DNA of 64,000 bases, taken from Chiloscyllium plagiosum. Taxonomy: Eukaryota. The stretch is taken from the NCBI RefSeq assembly GCF_004010195.1, contig NC_057719.1, forward strand, positions 76,317,939-76,381,938, in the 5' to 3' direction. Below are positions 24,316 to 38,672 of the stretch, in pieces (the first letter of the stretch is position 1; each line of letters begins with the position of its first letter). A model generated the notes under the pieces. That model searched no databases and had not been told where the DNA came from. It saw only the letters and a list, made by a program, of their open reading frames with translations. Both the position numbers and the translations under genes were made by a program.

Positions 24316-27300
24316 CATTCATATACTTTCCCTATATTGGGTTTAAAATGAAAGATCCATGAACCAGATCTATTTCAGAATCACAAATTATTGATTTATA
24401 ATAAACAAAACTTACTCATCACAGTGCAAAATTAATTTGCACATTTATTCCATTTTATGAAATTATAAATGTTTATCCTATAAATAATCTAAAATTAAAT
24501 GCAATTAAATATCCACTCATACACTGAGTAAAGGGAAAAATTGATTTTTTTTCTGCAATTGGGAAAAAAAAACACTTTTGTCCAACAGGCCTTACTCCTT
24601 GGAGGGAATAAAAGGATAATGTATGGAATGTTCAGTTGGCTGTCAGTCTGATATTCTGATCCACCAAATACAAGCAGATACATCTGGGATCTTTGCCAAC
24701 ACAGCTTGCTCAGAAAACACAGTACTGAGGTTTCTTCAGAATGATCTTCAGGGCTACAGTCAATGCTCAGATTAATCCAGGGCTCCAAATGACACATTGG
24801 ACCCTCAAAAAGAGTGTTTTCGAAAATAGGGGAGCTAGGTTGGGAAGCTCGTTTCGATCCCCAGGCTGACCACCAACCACTAAGGCAACAATCTCCAAAA
24901 CTGTAGCTGCAACCTGACAGTCGTATTTGAGTGGCAGGCGTTCACCAGTAAACAAGCAGTTACCACAAGACATGTGACTGTCAAGAAATTCCTCAGAACA
25001 AGGATTTCTTTGCCTTTTCATTAACTTCTTTAAAAAGTAAGCAATCTAGATGTGCACATTCGGTTAAACTCAAGTTCACAAATTACGAAATATGGGGTGA
25101 CTGTAACAATGTTCAATCTCCCCTTTAGCACAGAAACTGTCCCTTTGTTTGTCTTGCCAGTTCTGTGCCTACTCCTCAAATGGATCAAGGAGCATTATGT
25201 TAAGCATACCCCTTCATCCGCCAACCCCGTCTGGGTGCATTGGCACTTATTATACATGACCTTCACCTGCAGATAGAGGAGCATTAAGAAACATTCATGT
25301 GTACGTGGATGTTTCCAGTTTGAGATATCAGTCTCTCAAGCTTATAAAGCCAATGTGTCACAGTACATCTGAAGAGTTAAAGGTTCTGAATGAATGGTGA
25401 TATTGTTTTGACGAGTTTGAGTAAGGGGAAAAAAAGCAATAAAGTATTATATGACCTATGTGAGACTGAAATACCTCTGACTGAAACCATGTCCCGTGCA
25501 ATCCTGTGGTGGAAATTACCACATATGTACATTTTCTCAGTTTCAGTGAAAGGTCAGTGCCCTGAACGGTGCCTGAGCTAAGTGCTGTAGTTCCTTTTAC
25601 CTGTGAACCTGGGCAGATGTGTGAGAGCTAATGCCACACTGGTGTGTGTAGTGCAGCATTGATAGCTGTAGTTCAATGTGACATACTCAGTATTCTTGAG
25701 ACGCTGGTGGAGATGCCTGGCTCCTAATCTTCTATGTATCAATCCTCAGAAGTGTCACAATGCTTCCTGTCCCTATGAGTATGAGGTTGTATTGAGCAGA
25801 CAGTGGCAGAGGTCAAGTGATTATTTATCCTTTTGTGGCACTGGAATCAGTGAATCCTCCCACAGGTCCTGACCTCTGCTGTGACCTCAGTCCAAGCTAT
25901 GTTTCCCAGTTGGGATGGCCCCTTATTGTCATCTCATGGAAACTATGCATCCATTCTCTTCCAACAGCATGCAGGAGAATGTATAAGAAGATGCTGGTAT
26001 CAGATTTCTCTCGGAGTGGGTGGGGGTGCTCAACAGAGATCCAATGATGCTTTTGGTTTGCAGGGTGTGAAGTGATGTCCAGGTGCCTTCGAAGTAGGGT
26101 ACCTGGAGGATGGAATCTTGCAGATCCCACTGCTTTAGAATTTTCTACCCATAATGTATGCCATTCCACCTATGCATGCATGTGGAATGAGCTGAGGAAC
26201 TGCAACTGCACAAGCCAACCTGACCATCACCTAGAGGAAGGGATTTCTGCTTTTAAGCACAATGCTACACTTACACTAAAAAAAACCAGATTCAGCCCTG
26301 TCATTTTGGAGGATTTTGAAACATATATCACTGTTTTACTGTTCATTCACTACTAGGCATTTGAAGAGCACCATGAAATCCGTCAGGCAAAATCCTAAGG
26401 CATATTGTTAAGAGTTCACTGTCTCTCTTTCAACATTTATTCTGGAAATTCTCTAATAACAGAAAGAGTAAGCTCTGTGATTCTTTATTGGACATCTCAG
26501 AGGAGTGACTGGAAGAAAAGGAGCTTCAGTCATTCCCATCTTGTTACAAATTCCATTTGGTCTTCAAAAGGAATGGGAAGAGGTGATCAGGCCGGGAATG
26601 AGAGGTAGGAGGAGGAGAAGCGTGAAGTGGCACCATTTCTACCCCCTCACCTCCCCCTCCTTCCCCCCCCCATGCTGATGATACATGTGTGTATTTTCCC
26701 AGGATCTAGACATCATTAATATTATTAAAGATGGCTGTTTGGCCCACTCATGGACATGGCAATATGACGTGAACACATTTCTTCTGTACTCAGCCTGTTT
26801 AAGCAACTCTGGACAAATTCAAATTATGCAAATTAACAATTTGAATCAAAACAGACTCTTAGTTCAGTATTAATTTAGGGTTTTCATCTTTCATCAAAAT
26901 AACTGCCAACTGTAATAATATTTGGTTATTTGCAAAAAAAAGCTTAAAACAGCGTAATCATCGGAGACCAGCCCCATTTCTGATCTTATAGCCATTGATC
27001 AAATAGATGAAGATAGTTGGGCCTACTTCAGTGCCCCGAGGAACACTTGTAGTGATGTCCAGAGGCTGTGATGACGGGCCTCCATTGACTACAACTGTTT
27101 TCCTTTATGCTAGCAATTACTTCAACCAGTGGAAATTTCTTCCCGTTGATTTCCATTAGCTCTAGCTTTGCAGGAGTCAGATATTCATAGAGTCGTACAG
27201 CATGGAAGCAGATCTTTCAGTCCAACCAGACTATGCCAACCATAATCCCAAACTAAACTAGTGCCATCTGCCTGCGCTTTTGCCTGGAAAGCGTTTTGCA

Positions 27301-29399
27301 TTTTTTCCACAAACTGGGTCCATTCTTATCTCAACTCAAAGAATTTCAGGGCTCTTTGATACCACACCCAGCTTGATGGCAAAAGCTGTCACCTCACCTC
27401 TCAAATTCAGCTTGGACCAAGGTTGTAATGAGGACTAAAGCCCTGTTGAAACTCAAAATGAGTATTAGTTAATAGGTTAACACTGAGTAAGGGCGATTTG
27501 ATAACATGAGTAATCACACCTTTCATCGCTCTGTTGATCATTGAGAGTAAACAGTTGGGGTAATAAATAACCAAATTAAATTTGCCCTGCATTTTGTGAA
27601 CAGAATATACCTGGCATTTTTCCATGCTATGGGGCAATTGCAAGTATCGTTGTTGGGCTAGAACAATTTAAGTAGGCCTATGAGAAAGTGAGGACTGCAG
27701 ATACTGGAGATCAGAGTCAAAAAGTGTGGTGCTGGAAAAGCTCAGCCGGTCAGGCAGAATCCGAGGAGCAGGAGAATTGATGCTTCGAGCATAAACTCTT
27801 AATCAGGAATGAGCTACGGTGAGTCCAGAAGCCCAGGCCTTCAGCTGATGTGTTGTCAGGGCTGCGTTTCTTGAGATTATCGAGAATGAATCAGGTTAGC
27901 TGAAAACTGGTTTATGCAATGCTGGATGCTCAGGGGTAGATCAAAATAGATTATCCTCTCAGCTCTTTTGGGCCAAAGATAGTTGCAAATGTGTCAGCCT
28001 TGTGCTGGCCCCACTATGATTGAGGATGGGGAGTTTCATGGAGCCTCTCCCTTTGATTAGCTAATAAATTGTTCATCACCATTCACGACTGGATCTGGCT
28101 GGACTGTTAAGTTTTGTTCTCACTGCGGGCTGTGTATTCAATACTGCTTCCCTTGGTTAACACTAGTGTATGTTAGAATGTAGTTACACTATCTTAATTA
28201 TTCATGTTTTCCGTATGACTGCTGCTGCTCCTGATAAAGGGCTTTTGCCTGCTCGTCGGATGCTGCCTGACCTGATGTGCTTTTCCAGCACTATTCTAAT
28301 CTTGACCCTACTGCTGATCCTGGTATGCTTTCTTAAATTCCTGATTGAACCAAGGTTTATTACCTTGGCTCTGATGGTAAATGTAGAGTGAGAGACATAC
28401 AGATCTTTACAGCATTTTCTTGCAGCATCTGATATGCAGAGACGGTTCAAACCTTCATCCTACAGCTCTGCTGCTCTAAAGCACTAATGGTGCTCATCAT
28501 TCCTTGACCAACTCCTATTTCTGTACTGAATTTCACTTTCTGGTGAACTAATTTTAGGTTTCCCCACCAGTTGATTTTGAAAGCAGTGGGATGGGGTGGG
28601 GAACTGTCAACTCCAACAGGTGGCCTTTCCTTGAGCTTGTACAGGCACATTTTAACAAAACAAATCATGGGGTATGTGCATTGCTGGACAGGCTGGCACC
28701 TACTGGGATTGCTAGTCCCTTGACATTACCATTACACCACTGCCTCCCCTTATAGACCATCTCCTACATTAACCAGTGTTGTCCAGCAGTATGGAAGCCC
28801 CATGTTAATATGACATGTGGCAGTTTTAGGCGTGTGTGGGCTGGGTGTCGGGTAAATGGATGAGGACTCCTTTGTGAGTCCCTATTGCTTCTGAATGAAG
28901 GAGGACCTCAGAAGCTTGATCTGACATGTTGATTATGGAATTGCTTAACTCCGTCCGTGCACTGCCGCCTTCTGCTGTTGACCTCTCCTTTATAAGGGTT
29001 GAATTGCTTGAGTTCAAATCCTGCGCAGCCAGAACTGCCGCAGGGCCTGAGATGCTCTGACTGCAGATTACTTCAGTTTGCAATGGTAGAAAGAGATAGA
29101 ACTGCTAAACTGTCCTCGCAAGCACTGGTTACCCACTCTAAAATATCTCACCTGTGCAATTCACTGCAAGGTCTGCAACCTAGTCCAGGAGAAAGCAAGA
29201 GCCTATTGTTGAGGTCCATAAAGTGGAAAAAAAATTTGCATCACTTCAAAACCACTACGCATCTGCATTTTCCATTTTTCAAACATTATACCATTTTTCC
29301 TAGCTAATGTTAAACTTTGTTCTAATATGAAGTAAACACAATTGAATATCATTTAATGATCTTTCCAATTAGTCTATTTTAATATTGTCCTTTGAAGAA

Positions 29400-29724
29400 T
29401 GGGTGGCACGATGGCTCAGTGGTTAACACTGCTGCCTCTCAAGGACCTGGGTTCGATTCCAGCCTTGGGCGATTGTATGTGTGGAGTTTGCATATGTCTG
29501 TCTATGTGCTCTGGTTTCCTCCCACAATCCAAAAATGTGCAAGTTAGGTGAATTGGCCATGCTAAATGGTCATAGTGTTCAGGGATGGATAGGTTAGGTG
29601 CATTAGTCAGGGGTAGATGTAGAGTAAAAGGGTAGGGGAATGGGTCTGGATGGGATACTCTTCAGAGGGTCAGTGTGGACTTGTTGGGCCAAATGGCCTG
29701 TTTCCACACTGTAGGTATTCTATG
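29400..29724 (+). mobile_element. HE1-type SINE
   Basis: A/B boxes, conserved core and TTTCCACACTGTAG tail. Confidence 0.85.
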
Positions 29725-30031
29725 AAATGCTAATTGACATTTGATATTTCCTTTTGTGGTTTACTTCTAAGGAACAATTTGCTGCAGCAATTACATTCGA
29801 ATTAAAACTTCCTCTCAATATAGTAAAGCAAATCAGTAATTGATAAATAGGCCTGATACATTCATGGAGTAAGAATAAAAATAAAATATCACAGCAATAA
29901 GTCCAGAATACAACTTAATCGCTGGTCATATCAAATTTCCTAGCATGGAACAAAGTTCACTAATTATTCATAATTATCTTTAAAGTAAAAAAAAGTCCTG
30001 GTGTACTCTTTTTCTTTCCCTTTGCATTCAG

Positions 30032-30494
30032 GCAAATCAGTGGTACCTGAAGGAGCCCAATACATTCATGGGGCAAGCATGAAGAATCCCATTTTTCAAC
30101 TGGCCAAAGAGTATGACCTTCTCCAGGAAATATACAACATGTCTGGTGCTGAGTGGTCAGTGTTCACCAACACTCAGAAACAGCTCGATCATGACTTTGT
30201 TGAGGAAATGGTGAATCTAACTAATTTTCTGAGGAAGCAAATAGCCCTTCATTCTCAAGGAAAGGGATACGTGGAAGTTAGAAGCATTGGTCAGGTCTAT
30301 GTGGAGGAATTAAAGAAGGTCTTCTCAAACTGGACTGACGACGCTCCCAATTTCAGGAGGCGAAAGCTTGGTTTCCTCAATATGATGACGAAGGATGAAT
30401 GTTTAAAATTTTCATCACAAAATCTGAATGATGTGTCTCTGCAGGAATTTAGTGAATATGAATATATTGGTGACGATGAACTCAATTCTCCACA
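30032..30494 (+). CDS. PAOX-like: PAOX-like gene 1, coding exon 2
   Basis: Polypyrimidine tract and CAG acceptor at 30031; GKSVVPEGAQYIHGASMKNPIFQLA (cf. family GAxWIHG..NP motif); donor CA|GTTAGT, phase 2. Confidence 0.92.
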
Positions 30495-30654
30495 GTTAGT
30501 AATTATTTGTCATATAATTAGGCAAAATAAATTGTACAAAATTGAATAACCATTGATAATGATGGTAAAGGCTTCAATTTCTTTCCATCACATGGCTAAC
30601 CAGGAATCTCTCCCATTCATATCAACTACCATTGGCATCTGTTGATGGAAGTAG

Positions 30655-31160
30655 AGTCATAGAGATGTACAACATGGAAACAGACCCTTCGCTCCAACTC
30701 CATCTGACCAGATACCCTAAATTACTCCAGTCCCATTTGCCAGCATTGGGCTGATATCTCTCCAAACCCTTCCTATTCATATATTCATCCAAATGCCCTT
30801 TAAATGTTGTAATTGTACCAGACTCTACCACTTCCTCTGGCAGCTCATTCCATACATGCACCATCCTCTGCATGAAAACATTACCCCTTAGGTCCCCTTC
30901 AAATCTTTCCCTTCTCACCTTAAAACTATGCCCTCTAGTTTTGGACTCTCCGATCCTGAGGAAAAGACCTTGTCTATTCATTCTATCCATGCCCCTCAAG
31001 ATTTGATAAACTTCTATAAGGTCACCTCTCAGCCTCTGACATTCCAGGGAAAATAGCCCCAGCCTATTCAGCCTCTCCCAATAGATCAAACACCTGGCAA
31101 CATCCTTGTAGGTCTTTTCTGTACCCTTTCAAGTTTCACAACATCTTTCCTCTCGCAGAT
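30655..31160 (-). mobile_element. CR1 LINE 3' fragment
   Basis: ORF 30622-31089 ERLNRLGLFSLE..RLRGDLIEVYQI..WNELPEEVV. Confidence 0.9.
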
Positions 31161-32029
31161 GTTAGAATGCCGTGTGGTGTGGTGGGCGATATCCCTGTCC
31201 CCAAGCCAGAAATTCAAGAAGGTGCATTCATATCACAGCCAAAAATACTCTGTATTCTCTGTACATCTTTCCAATATATGGAAATAAATTGGAGTCTTTA
31301 TCATTGCTATCCTTAGATTCAGAGTACGACATATAAGTAAAAGTGCAGATTGCCACTGCAACTCAGACCTGCTAATTAACTGTAACACTGTAATTGCCAC
31401 AAGTTTAAATTTGCTGATACAACAGGCAATTTATCGATGATAAGTACAGGATTGCACCACATGTATTAACTTTATTGAAGTTTAAAATATATTTCCAACA
31501 TTTAGCAGCTAAAGCTTGCAAGGAAGAAAGTGGGAAGTAAAGTAATGTCTCAAAAAAGTGAGGAAAAATCCAGTGGGTAAGATCCAGACAAAATTTATGG
31601 TCAAATAGTGTAACACAAAAGCCTTCTTTTGGTGATTGGGCGGGAGGAGGGATGGCCAATTTTTTAACTCAAGTGCATGCCCATTATTAAGCCAATCTTC
31701 TTGTAAAAGATGACAATGAGATTCAAACCCATGTGCTAATCAAGAGAACAGATTGCAAAGCAAACAATTCCTTTTTAAGATATAAAAAAACAAAAATATC
31801 CACTGTACCATCTTTCATGTAAATTACCCCCAAGACTGCTAGCCTCAAAGTGTTAGAGATTGCCATGTCCCATTGTTATGCCTCACTCATAACAAACACA
31901 ACCCCAACCATTTTCACACTACCGTACTGTTCTCATACAAGAAACCTTTCAACAGGGCATATAGATAAGTTGCAAGTTACAATTAAAATAGCTTGCCTGG
32001 TTCACATCTTCAGATTCAGCCGTCAAATT

Positions 32030-32341
32030 GGGTGGCACAGTGGCACAGTGGTTAGCACTGCTGCCTCACAGTGCCAGAGACCCGCGTTCAATTCCCACCT
32101 CAGGCGACTCTCTGTGTGGAGTTTGCACATTCTCCCCGTGTCTGCGTGGGTTTCCTCCGGGTGCTCCAGTTTCCTCCCACAGTCCAAAAACATGCAGGTT
32201 AGGTGAATTGGCTGTGCTAAATTGCCCGTAGTGTTAGGTGATGGGGTAAATGTAGGGGAATGGGTCTGGGTGGGTTGCGCTTCGGCGGGTCGGTGTGGAC
32301 TTGTTGGGCCAAAGAGCCTGTTTCCACACTGAAAGTAATCT
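32030..32341 (+). mobile_element. HE1-type SINE
   Basis: Full-length match to the 46526 copy. Confidence 0.9.
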
Positions 32342-32509
32342 AAAAAAAAATCATTGTAACACAGCCCAGCTGTATGAACCAAATACTTGCCTGCTGGCTG
32401 ATATCTCAAATTGCCAGTTTTGGCACATATCCATTGCTGAGTATGCATTGCACATTGCATAAGAGAACAGATTCAAAACAGTTGAGAAGTAACAAACTAA
32501 TTTAGAGCC

Positions 32510-34080
32510 TAAGAGTCACAGGGATACACAGCATGGAAACCCTTGGGTCCTACTTGTCCATGCTGACCAGATATCCTACATTAACCTGATCTCATTTGCC
32601 AGTGTTTGGCCCATATCCTCTAAACTCTACTATACATATACCCATCCAGAGCCTTTTAAATGCTGTAGTTATACGAACCTCCACTACTTCTTCTGGCAGC
32701 TCATTGCATATACACACTACCCTCTGCGTGAAATATTTTGTCCCTGGGTCCCTTTTATATATTTCTCCTCTCACCTGAAACCAATGCCCTCTAGTTTTGG
32801 ATTTCCTTACCAAGTCCTTCATGATTTTATAAACTTCTATAAAGTCACCCCTCAGCCTCTGATGCTCCAGGGAAAGTAGCCCCCAACCTATTCAGCTCTC
32901 CCTACAGCTTAAACCTTCCAACCTTGACAACATCCTTGTAAATCTTTTTTGAACAATTTCAAGTTTCACAACATCTTCCTCACAGTAGGGAAACCAGAAA
33001 TGAATGCAATATTCCAAAAGTAGCCTAACCAATGTCCTGTACAGCTGCAATATGACCTCCAAACTCCTGTACTCAACGTACTGACCAATAAAGGCAAGCG
33101 TACCATGTAATAAATGAAATCTTAACAATGCACAAAGAAAACCATGGTATGATCAAACGAAAGCAACATGGTTTTGTTGAGAAAGAGAAATTATGTTTGA
33201 CAAATTCATTCAAGTTTTTTTGAGGATGCAACTAGTAGGATAGCTAAAATGAAACTGATATATGTAGCATATCTGGATTTTTGTTTGATAGGTCACCCAC
33301 AAAAGCTTAATAGGTAAGATAAGGAATCATCAAACTGGTGTTAACGGCTTGATATGGATAGAGAATAGCACCCGAAGTAATCCAGCTATTGCTACCTTCA
33401 ATTACCTACTTTTTAACCTCCTGCCTAATTTCCTGTATTCGCTCCTCAGAACCTCATCCCTTTCTTTTCCTATGTCATTCATTTCAATGTGTACAATGAC
33501 CTCTTGCTGGTCATTCTCCCTTTGAGAACATTCTGCACCTTCTCTGAGATATCCCTGACCAGGGAGGCAACACACCATTCTGATGTCTTGCTGTCAGCAC
33601 AGAAACATCTGTCTGTGCCCCTGACAAGAGACACCCCTACCACAAACGATTACTTGGAACCTGACATACCTCTCGTTACATTAGAGCCAGTCTTGGTACC
33701 AAATATCTAGTGGTCAGTGATATATTCCCCTAAGAGGCCATCACTCCCGACATTATCCAAAATAGCATACTTGTTTGAGATGGGGATATCCTTAGGAGAC
33801 TCCTTCACCACTTGCTTACCTCTCATACCTTACTCAGTGGTAATCCATCTACATGACTGTATCTACTTTCCTGAAACTGCCATCCATCACACCCCCTAGC
33901 ACCTGTAAATTCCTCATTGCCTCTAACTGCTGTTCCAACCGATCTATGTGATCCAAAAGATTTGCATCCATTCATATTTCCTGCAGACTTAATCTCCAGG
34001 AACATTGAAATTATCCCAAATCTCCCACATCTGACAGGAAGAGCACATCACTCTATTAAAAGCTACCTCTGCACCTTAAA
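32510..34080 (-). mobile_element. CR1 LINE fragments (3' end 32510-33105; ORF1 esterase remnant ~33370-34080)
   Basis: LYRTLVRLLLEYCIHFW..QKRFTRML; the second part resembles 209-760. Confidence 0.75.
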
Positions 34081-34794
34081 TATCTACAGACCAGAATATA
34101 CCCCAAAAAAAGACAACACATTTTCTCAAAAACTCAGCATTAGCACAGTCTTACTGCTCAAATTCACTGCTCTAGGATAATTTTATGCATGTCCTTTATA
34201 TTAAAAACTTAATCAAAAGACAGATCTCAAAAAATTTAAAAACCTCACCCTATTCATTGCTAGAGATTTAGAAAAACTAAATAGATTAAGATTTGTAAAT
34301 TTTATAAGTCTTAAAATCAAACACTTAGCTGACCAGACAGACTCTGAAATCATTACTGATCACTCCCAGCTGCTGTGTATATTTCTGATAATGTCGTCTC
34401 CCAAGGTCAGCTCTGAAACCGCATGTACACTGATAGAGAGAATGTTACCAGAACAAAAGACCTTATGGTCCATATATTATCTCATTGGCTAATTATACCA
34501 GTGCCGATTGTCATTTCATGACATAACCTATGTGCCATGACCACTTTAGATATCCTGTTCCATTCAGTAGATAATATTATTTCAATATGCAATGATCATT
34601 TTTAATGGATAGTGTTAAATGAATTGTGTGATGCTAAATTATAATCCTCAATAAACATCATAAACTGGTTGACTGGTATTTAAATGGATGCATGGTATTT
34701 GATAAATATGTTTATTAATGGGCCAAGTCTTGTAAACTGATTCATTGAATTGGACACAAGGGTTTTGTTAATGAGTCGCCTTGTGCTGTTTCAG

Positions 34795-34988
34795 ATTATT
34801 TCTCAAATTAATCTCCAGTCTGGTGAAAGAGATTCCAAGGGAGAAGCTGATCCTGCAGAAGCCTGTTAAACAGATCCAGTGGAATGGAAGTTTTGAATCA
34901 GAAGATGGCACATTCTATCCAGTTAGGGTGGTGTGTGAAGATGGGGATCACATTCTAGCTGATCATGTCATTGTGACTGTTTCATTGG
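34795..34988 (+). CDS. PAOX-like: PAOX-like gene 1, coding exon 3
   Basis: TTTCAG acceptor; KPVKQIQWNGSF..YPVRVVCEDGDHILADHVIVTVSLG; donor G|GTAAGA, phase 1. Confidence 0.93.
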
Positions 34989-35135
34989 GTAAGAGAAATA
35001 ACAAGACCTTTCAGTATTCGTTTGAACTAAGAACGTCACATATTTTCAATACTACACGTGTTATACACTAGCCGTATTATAACATTTCTAAAATGAAACA
35101 GTCATAATAACAGAACTGGGACAAATATATGATTA

Positions 35136-35418
35136 GCTTCCCTACAGTATGGAAACAGGCCCTTTGGCTCAACAAGTCCACACCAACCCTCAGAAGAGTA
35201 ACCCACCCAGATTCATTTCCCTTTGACTAATGCACCTAACACTAAGGGCAATTTAGAACAGCCAAATCACCTAACCTGTACATCTTTGGACTCTGGGAGG
35301 AAACCCACACAGACATGGGGAGAATGTGCAAACTCCACACAGTCACCCAAGGCTAGAATTGAACCTGGGTCCCTGGCTCTGTGAGGTAGCAGTGCTTACC
35401 ACTGAGCCACCATGTCAC
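35136..35418 (-). mobile_element. HE1-type SINE
   Basis: Reverse match to the SINE core, head and tail. Confidence 0.85.
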
Positions 35419-36699
35419 ACCTATATATTAAGATGAACATAATGAACTCAAGGATTTTCAAAGCAGATCATTTTTGAGTGAGGTAATGCTAAATGCTTCC
35501 ACACTGAAATCATTTGGAGTATTTGGTCAAAACTCAAGTTGTAGAATGGTCATTCTATACTGGAGCACTATAAATCACACTTCAGGCAAATTATAATGAT
35601 TGCGCAGTGCTGCAGAGGTGTATGGTTCAGGTTTGGTTGACCCCTCTGTTCTAATTTCTAAGCACTGAAATGAGGGACTTTGTGGGAAAAGATTGTATTA
35701 ACATCAATTGGTGAAACCTTAAAGAAGACATACAAATTAAAAATGCAATATATCTATTATGTTGCTTTCCTAGTTAAATCATGATGGACGGAAGAAATTC
35801 AGAATCCCTCCTCCTTTGCACTGCCCTCTCCAACCCAACTACCCATTCCTTTCACCCCACTCACCCCAGCTACTTGTACTGTCCAATCATACTGTATGAC
35901 TTGACCTTGAGTTGAACTTTTGACCACTATCTTCTCCATCACAATGGCTGCTGCATCCACCTGTGTAATATCTGATGCCTCTGTCCCTACCATAACCTAT
36001 AGGTTTCTGCAACCCTTATTATTACCAGACAATTCCAGTACTTTTCTAGATGGTCTTCATCCATCGACTTCTGCATTTCTCAAATTCTGAAGCACATGTC
36101 TCACACTGCTTATCCCATTACCCCTGTGCTTATTAACATGTGCTTTTGGTTTCCAATGTATCAAATTTTAAATTTTCATCTTTGTGTTTAAAACCCTTCA
36201 TGGCCACATCCATTCCCCTCTCTCTGTAAACTTCAGTACTTGCCTCCTCTAAATATTGCTTAAAACCCCTCTCATCAATAACAAGTTTTTTTTGTCACAC
36301 ATCTTACAACATTCTTCTTTGATTGAGATCCACTTTTATCTAATTATGCTCCTGTGGAGTATCTCAGACAATTTTTCATATTTGAGGCACTAGCAGAATG
36401 CATTTGTTGCTGCGCTGTTACATCTCTTCAATCCAGTCAACAAAACACTCTGTTTAAAAAATCTCACTGAAGAACAATAAAATGTGGAAATGTACATTTA
36501 CTGCAACTACTTAAGGCATAGCATAGTTTCTAACTGTCTAATGCGAGTCATAAATAATTTGAAGAACTGCAATAATTTGTCATTCTAATTTTTCTAATTA
36601 ATGGAAGAGAAATATTATAGATAGAAAATTGTTTAGAACTGTTTTTACTTTCAAGAACCCACCTTAATTACAATGAATACATTAAGATTTCTTTACTAG

Positions 36700-36952
36700 G
36701 TTATCTGAAAGCAGAAGCAAAGGCCTTGTTCCAGCCAAGCCTTCCAGAGGACAAGTTGCAAGCGATCAAACACATGGGCTTTGGTACAACAAATAAGATT
36801 TTCCTGGAGTATGAGGTTCCGTTTTGGAACAGTTCGGAACACTGGATTGGATTGGTTTGGGAGGACGAAACTCCATTTTCCGGCCTAAAACCAAACCTAG
36901 CTGAGTGGTGGAGACGCATTTTTGCTTTTGATGTGGTCCATCCAGTAGAAAG
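36700..36952 (+). CDS. PAOX-like: PAOX-like gene 1, coding exon 4
   Basis: TACTAG acceptor; YLKAEAKALFQPSLPEDKLQAIKHMGFGTTNKIFLEYEVPFW, with the conserved active-site Lys; donor AG|GTAACT, phase 2. Confidence 0.93.
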
Positions 36953-37316
36953 GTAACTGATTGCAAGGGAACAAATGAAAGTGGGATTAAGAGCTATATA
37001 GTACTTTTCTGGGAGTACATCTGATGGGAGAGGCACTGTAGGTGAGCAGATAGATTGCTAAGGAAAATAAGAAAGGACAGACAACATTTAACTTTAGGTC
37101 TTCTGATAAATGATACTGAATCACTATAGAAACTGATAATGCTTGCTTTATGGCCATGATGCACGAGGGAGACTATTGTGGAGGTAGAGTTTAATTGCAT
37201 TCTCTCAATTACTTCTCAATCCTTAACTATTATACATTTACCTTTGCAAGTATAGGAACATCTGACATTTGTTTATTAATTATTTGCTAGTTAAGGGTGT
37301 TTGATCTGTTTAATAG

Positions 37317-37429
37317 ATATGGGCATATCCTTTTGGGATGGAGTTCTGGGAAAGAAGCTGAGTTTATGGAAACACTCAGTGAAGAGGATCTAGTATCAAA
37401 CATTACCAGGATCTTAAGGCAATTCACTG
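37317..37429 (+). CDS. PAOX-like: PAOX-like gene 1, coding exon 5 (not in the ORF track)
   Basis: TAATAG acceptor; (R)YGHILLGWSSGKEAEFMETLSEEDLVSNITRILRQFTG; donor G|GTAAGA, phase 1. Confidence 0.92.
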
Positions 37430-38360
37430 GTAAGAATTCTTAAGGTCCTCTCAATTCTTAAGTCACTGGTCCTATGCTCACAGTACAATGTTGTGTGGGA
37501 AGACAACATGACTCAAGAATGATCTTACAACACTGTAGTATTGAATGTTCTTTTCGATCACATCTAACAAGAGAGCGAGATGATGAATCTCCCTGACTAT
37601 GCTTTGTAATCATATTACAAGATGACCATGTTGCACAATCACATACACACTTATTTGATCTCAATATGAAACATGGTCTTAGTACTACCAAGATCTCCAT
37701 CACTTACTGGACTCTTTCCAAACATTTCCTTACCTAGTTACATACTGTCTGTCTGTTGCAAATCCTGAATATTTGCTCTGCTATTTCTTTTTCTACAACA
37801 GGTTAACCTTCAATTGTCTCTCCTTCTATTAGTTGCTCTGCTCCACAACTGTATTACGTCTGCTGCAAATGCCCTTAAGCATGCTCCCTTCCCCCCCACC
37901 CCCATCCCTAACTTAACCGTAAGCATGATGATCAGCCGAACTGGCTTTCCCCCACCACTACATCAGCCTGACCACTTCAAACGTTACTGTCACTCCCCTT
38001 CCATTGCCAAATCTTCTTATTCATTCAGTATTGTCCCAAAGAGCAGAAGTGACTCCACACTCTTCTTTTGTTACATTATCCCTTCTTATCCTTCTCAATT
38101 CAAACAACAATTATAAGAAACTCATAATCTTTTCAAGTTCACAACACAGGTCGTTCTGCTATACCACACGTTTCGTCAACGCAAACTCGCTGTAACATGA
38201 TTGACGAGGTGGGGACGTTGTTTCTGAAGTGCAAACTTTTAGAAAGTGTGTTGGCTGTAATGCAATTTCATTGCTAACATTTTAAACACTGTTTCTAAAG
38301 CACAATTTTTCTATAATGCAGTGTTGCACAAGAATGCAGCCATTGCATTATCAAAGAACT

Positions 38361-38672
38361 GGGTGGTCGGCATAGTGGTTAGCACTGCTGCCTCACAGCG
38401 CCAGAGATCCGCGTTCAATTCCCACCTCAGGCGACTGACTGTGTGGAGTTTGCACATACTCCCCGTGTCTGTGTGGTTTCCTCCAGGTGCTCCGGTTTCC
38501 TCCCACAGTCCAAACATGTGCAGGTTAGGTGAATTGGCCATGCTAAATTGCCCGTAGTGTTAGATGAAGGGGTAAATGTAGGGGAATGGGTCTGGGTGGG
38601 TTGCACTTCGGCGGGTCAGTGTGGACTTGTTGGGCCGAAGAGCCTGTTTCCACATTGTAAGTAATCTAATCT
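38361..38672 (+). mobile_element. HE1-type SINE
   Basis: Full-length match with (TAATC) tail. Confidence 0.9.
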
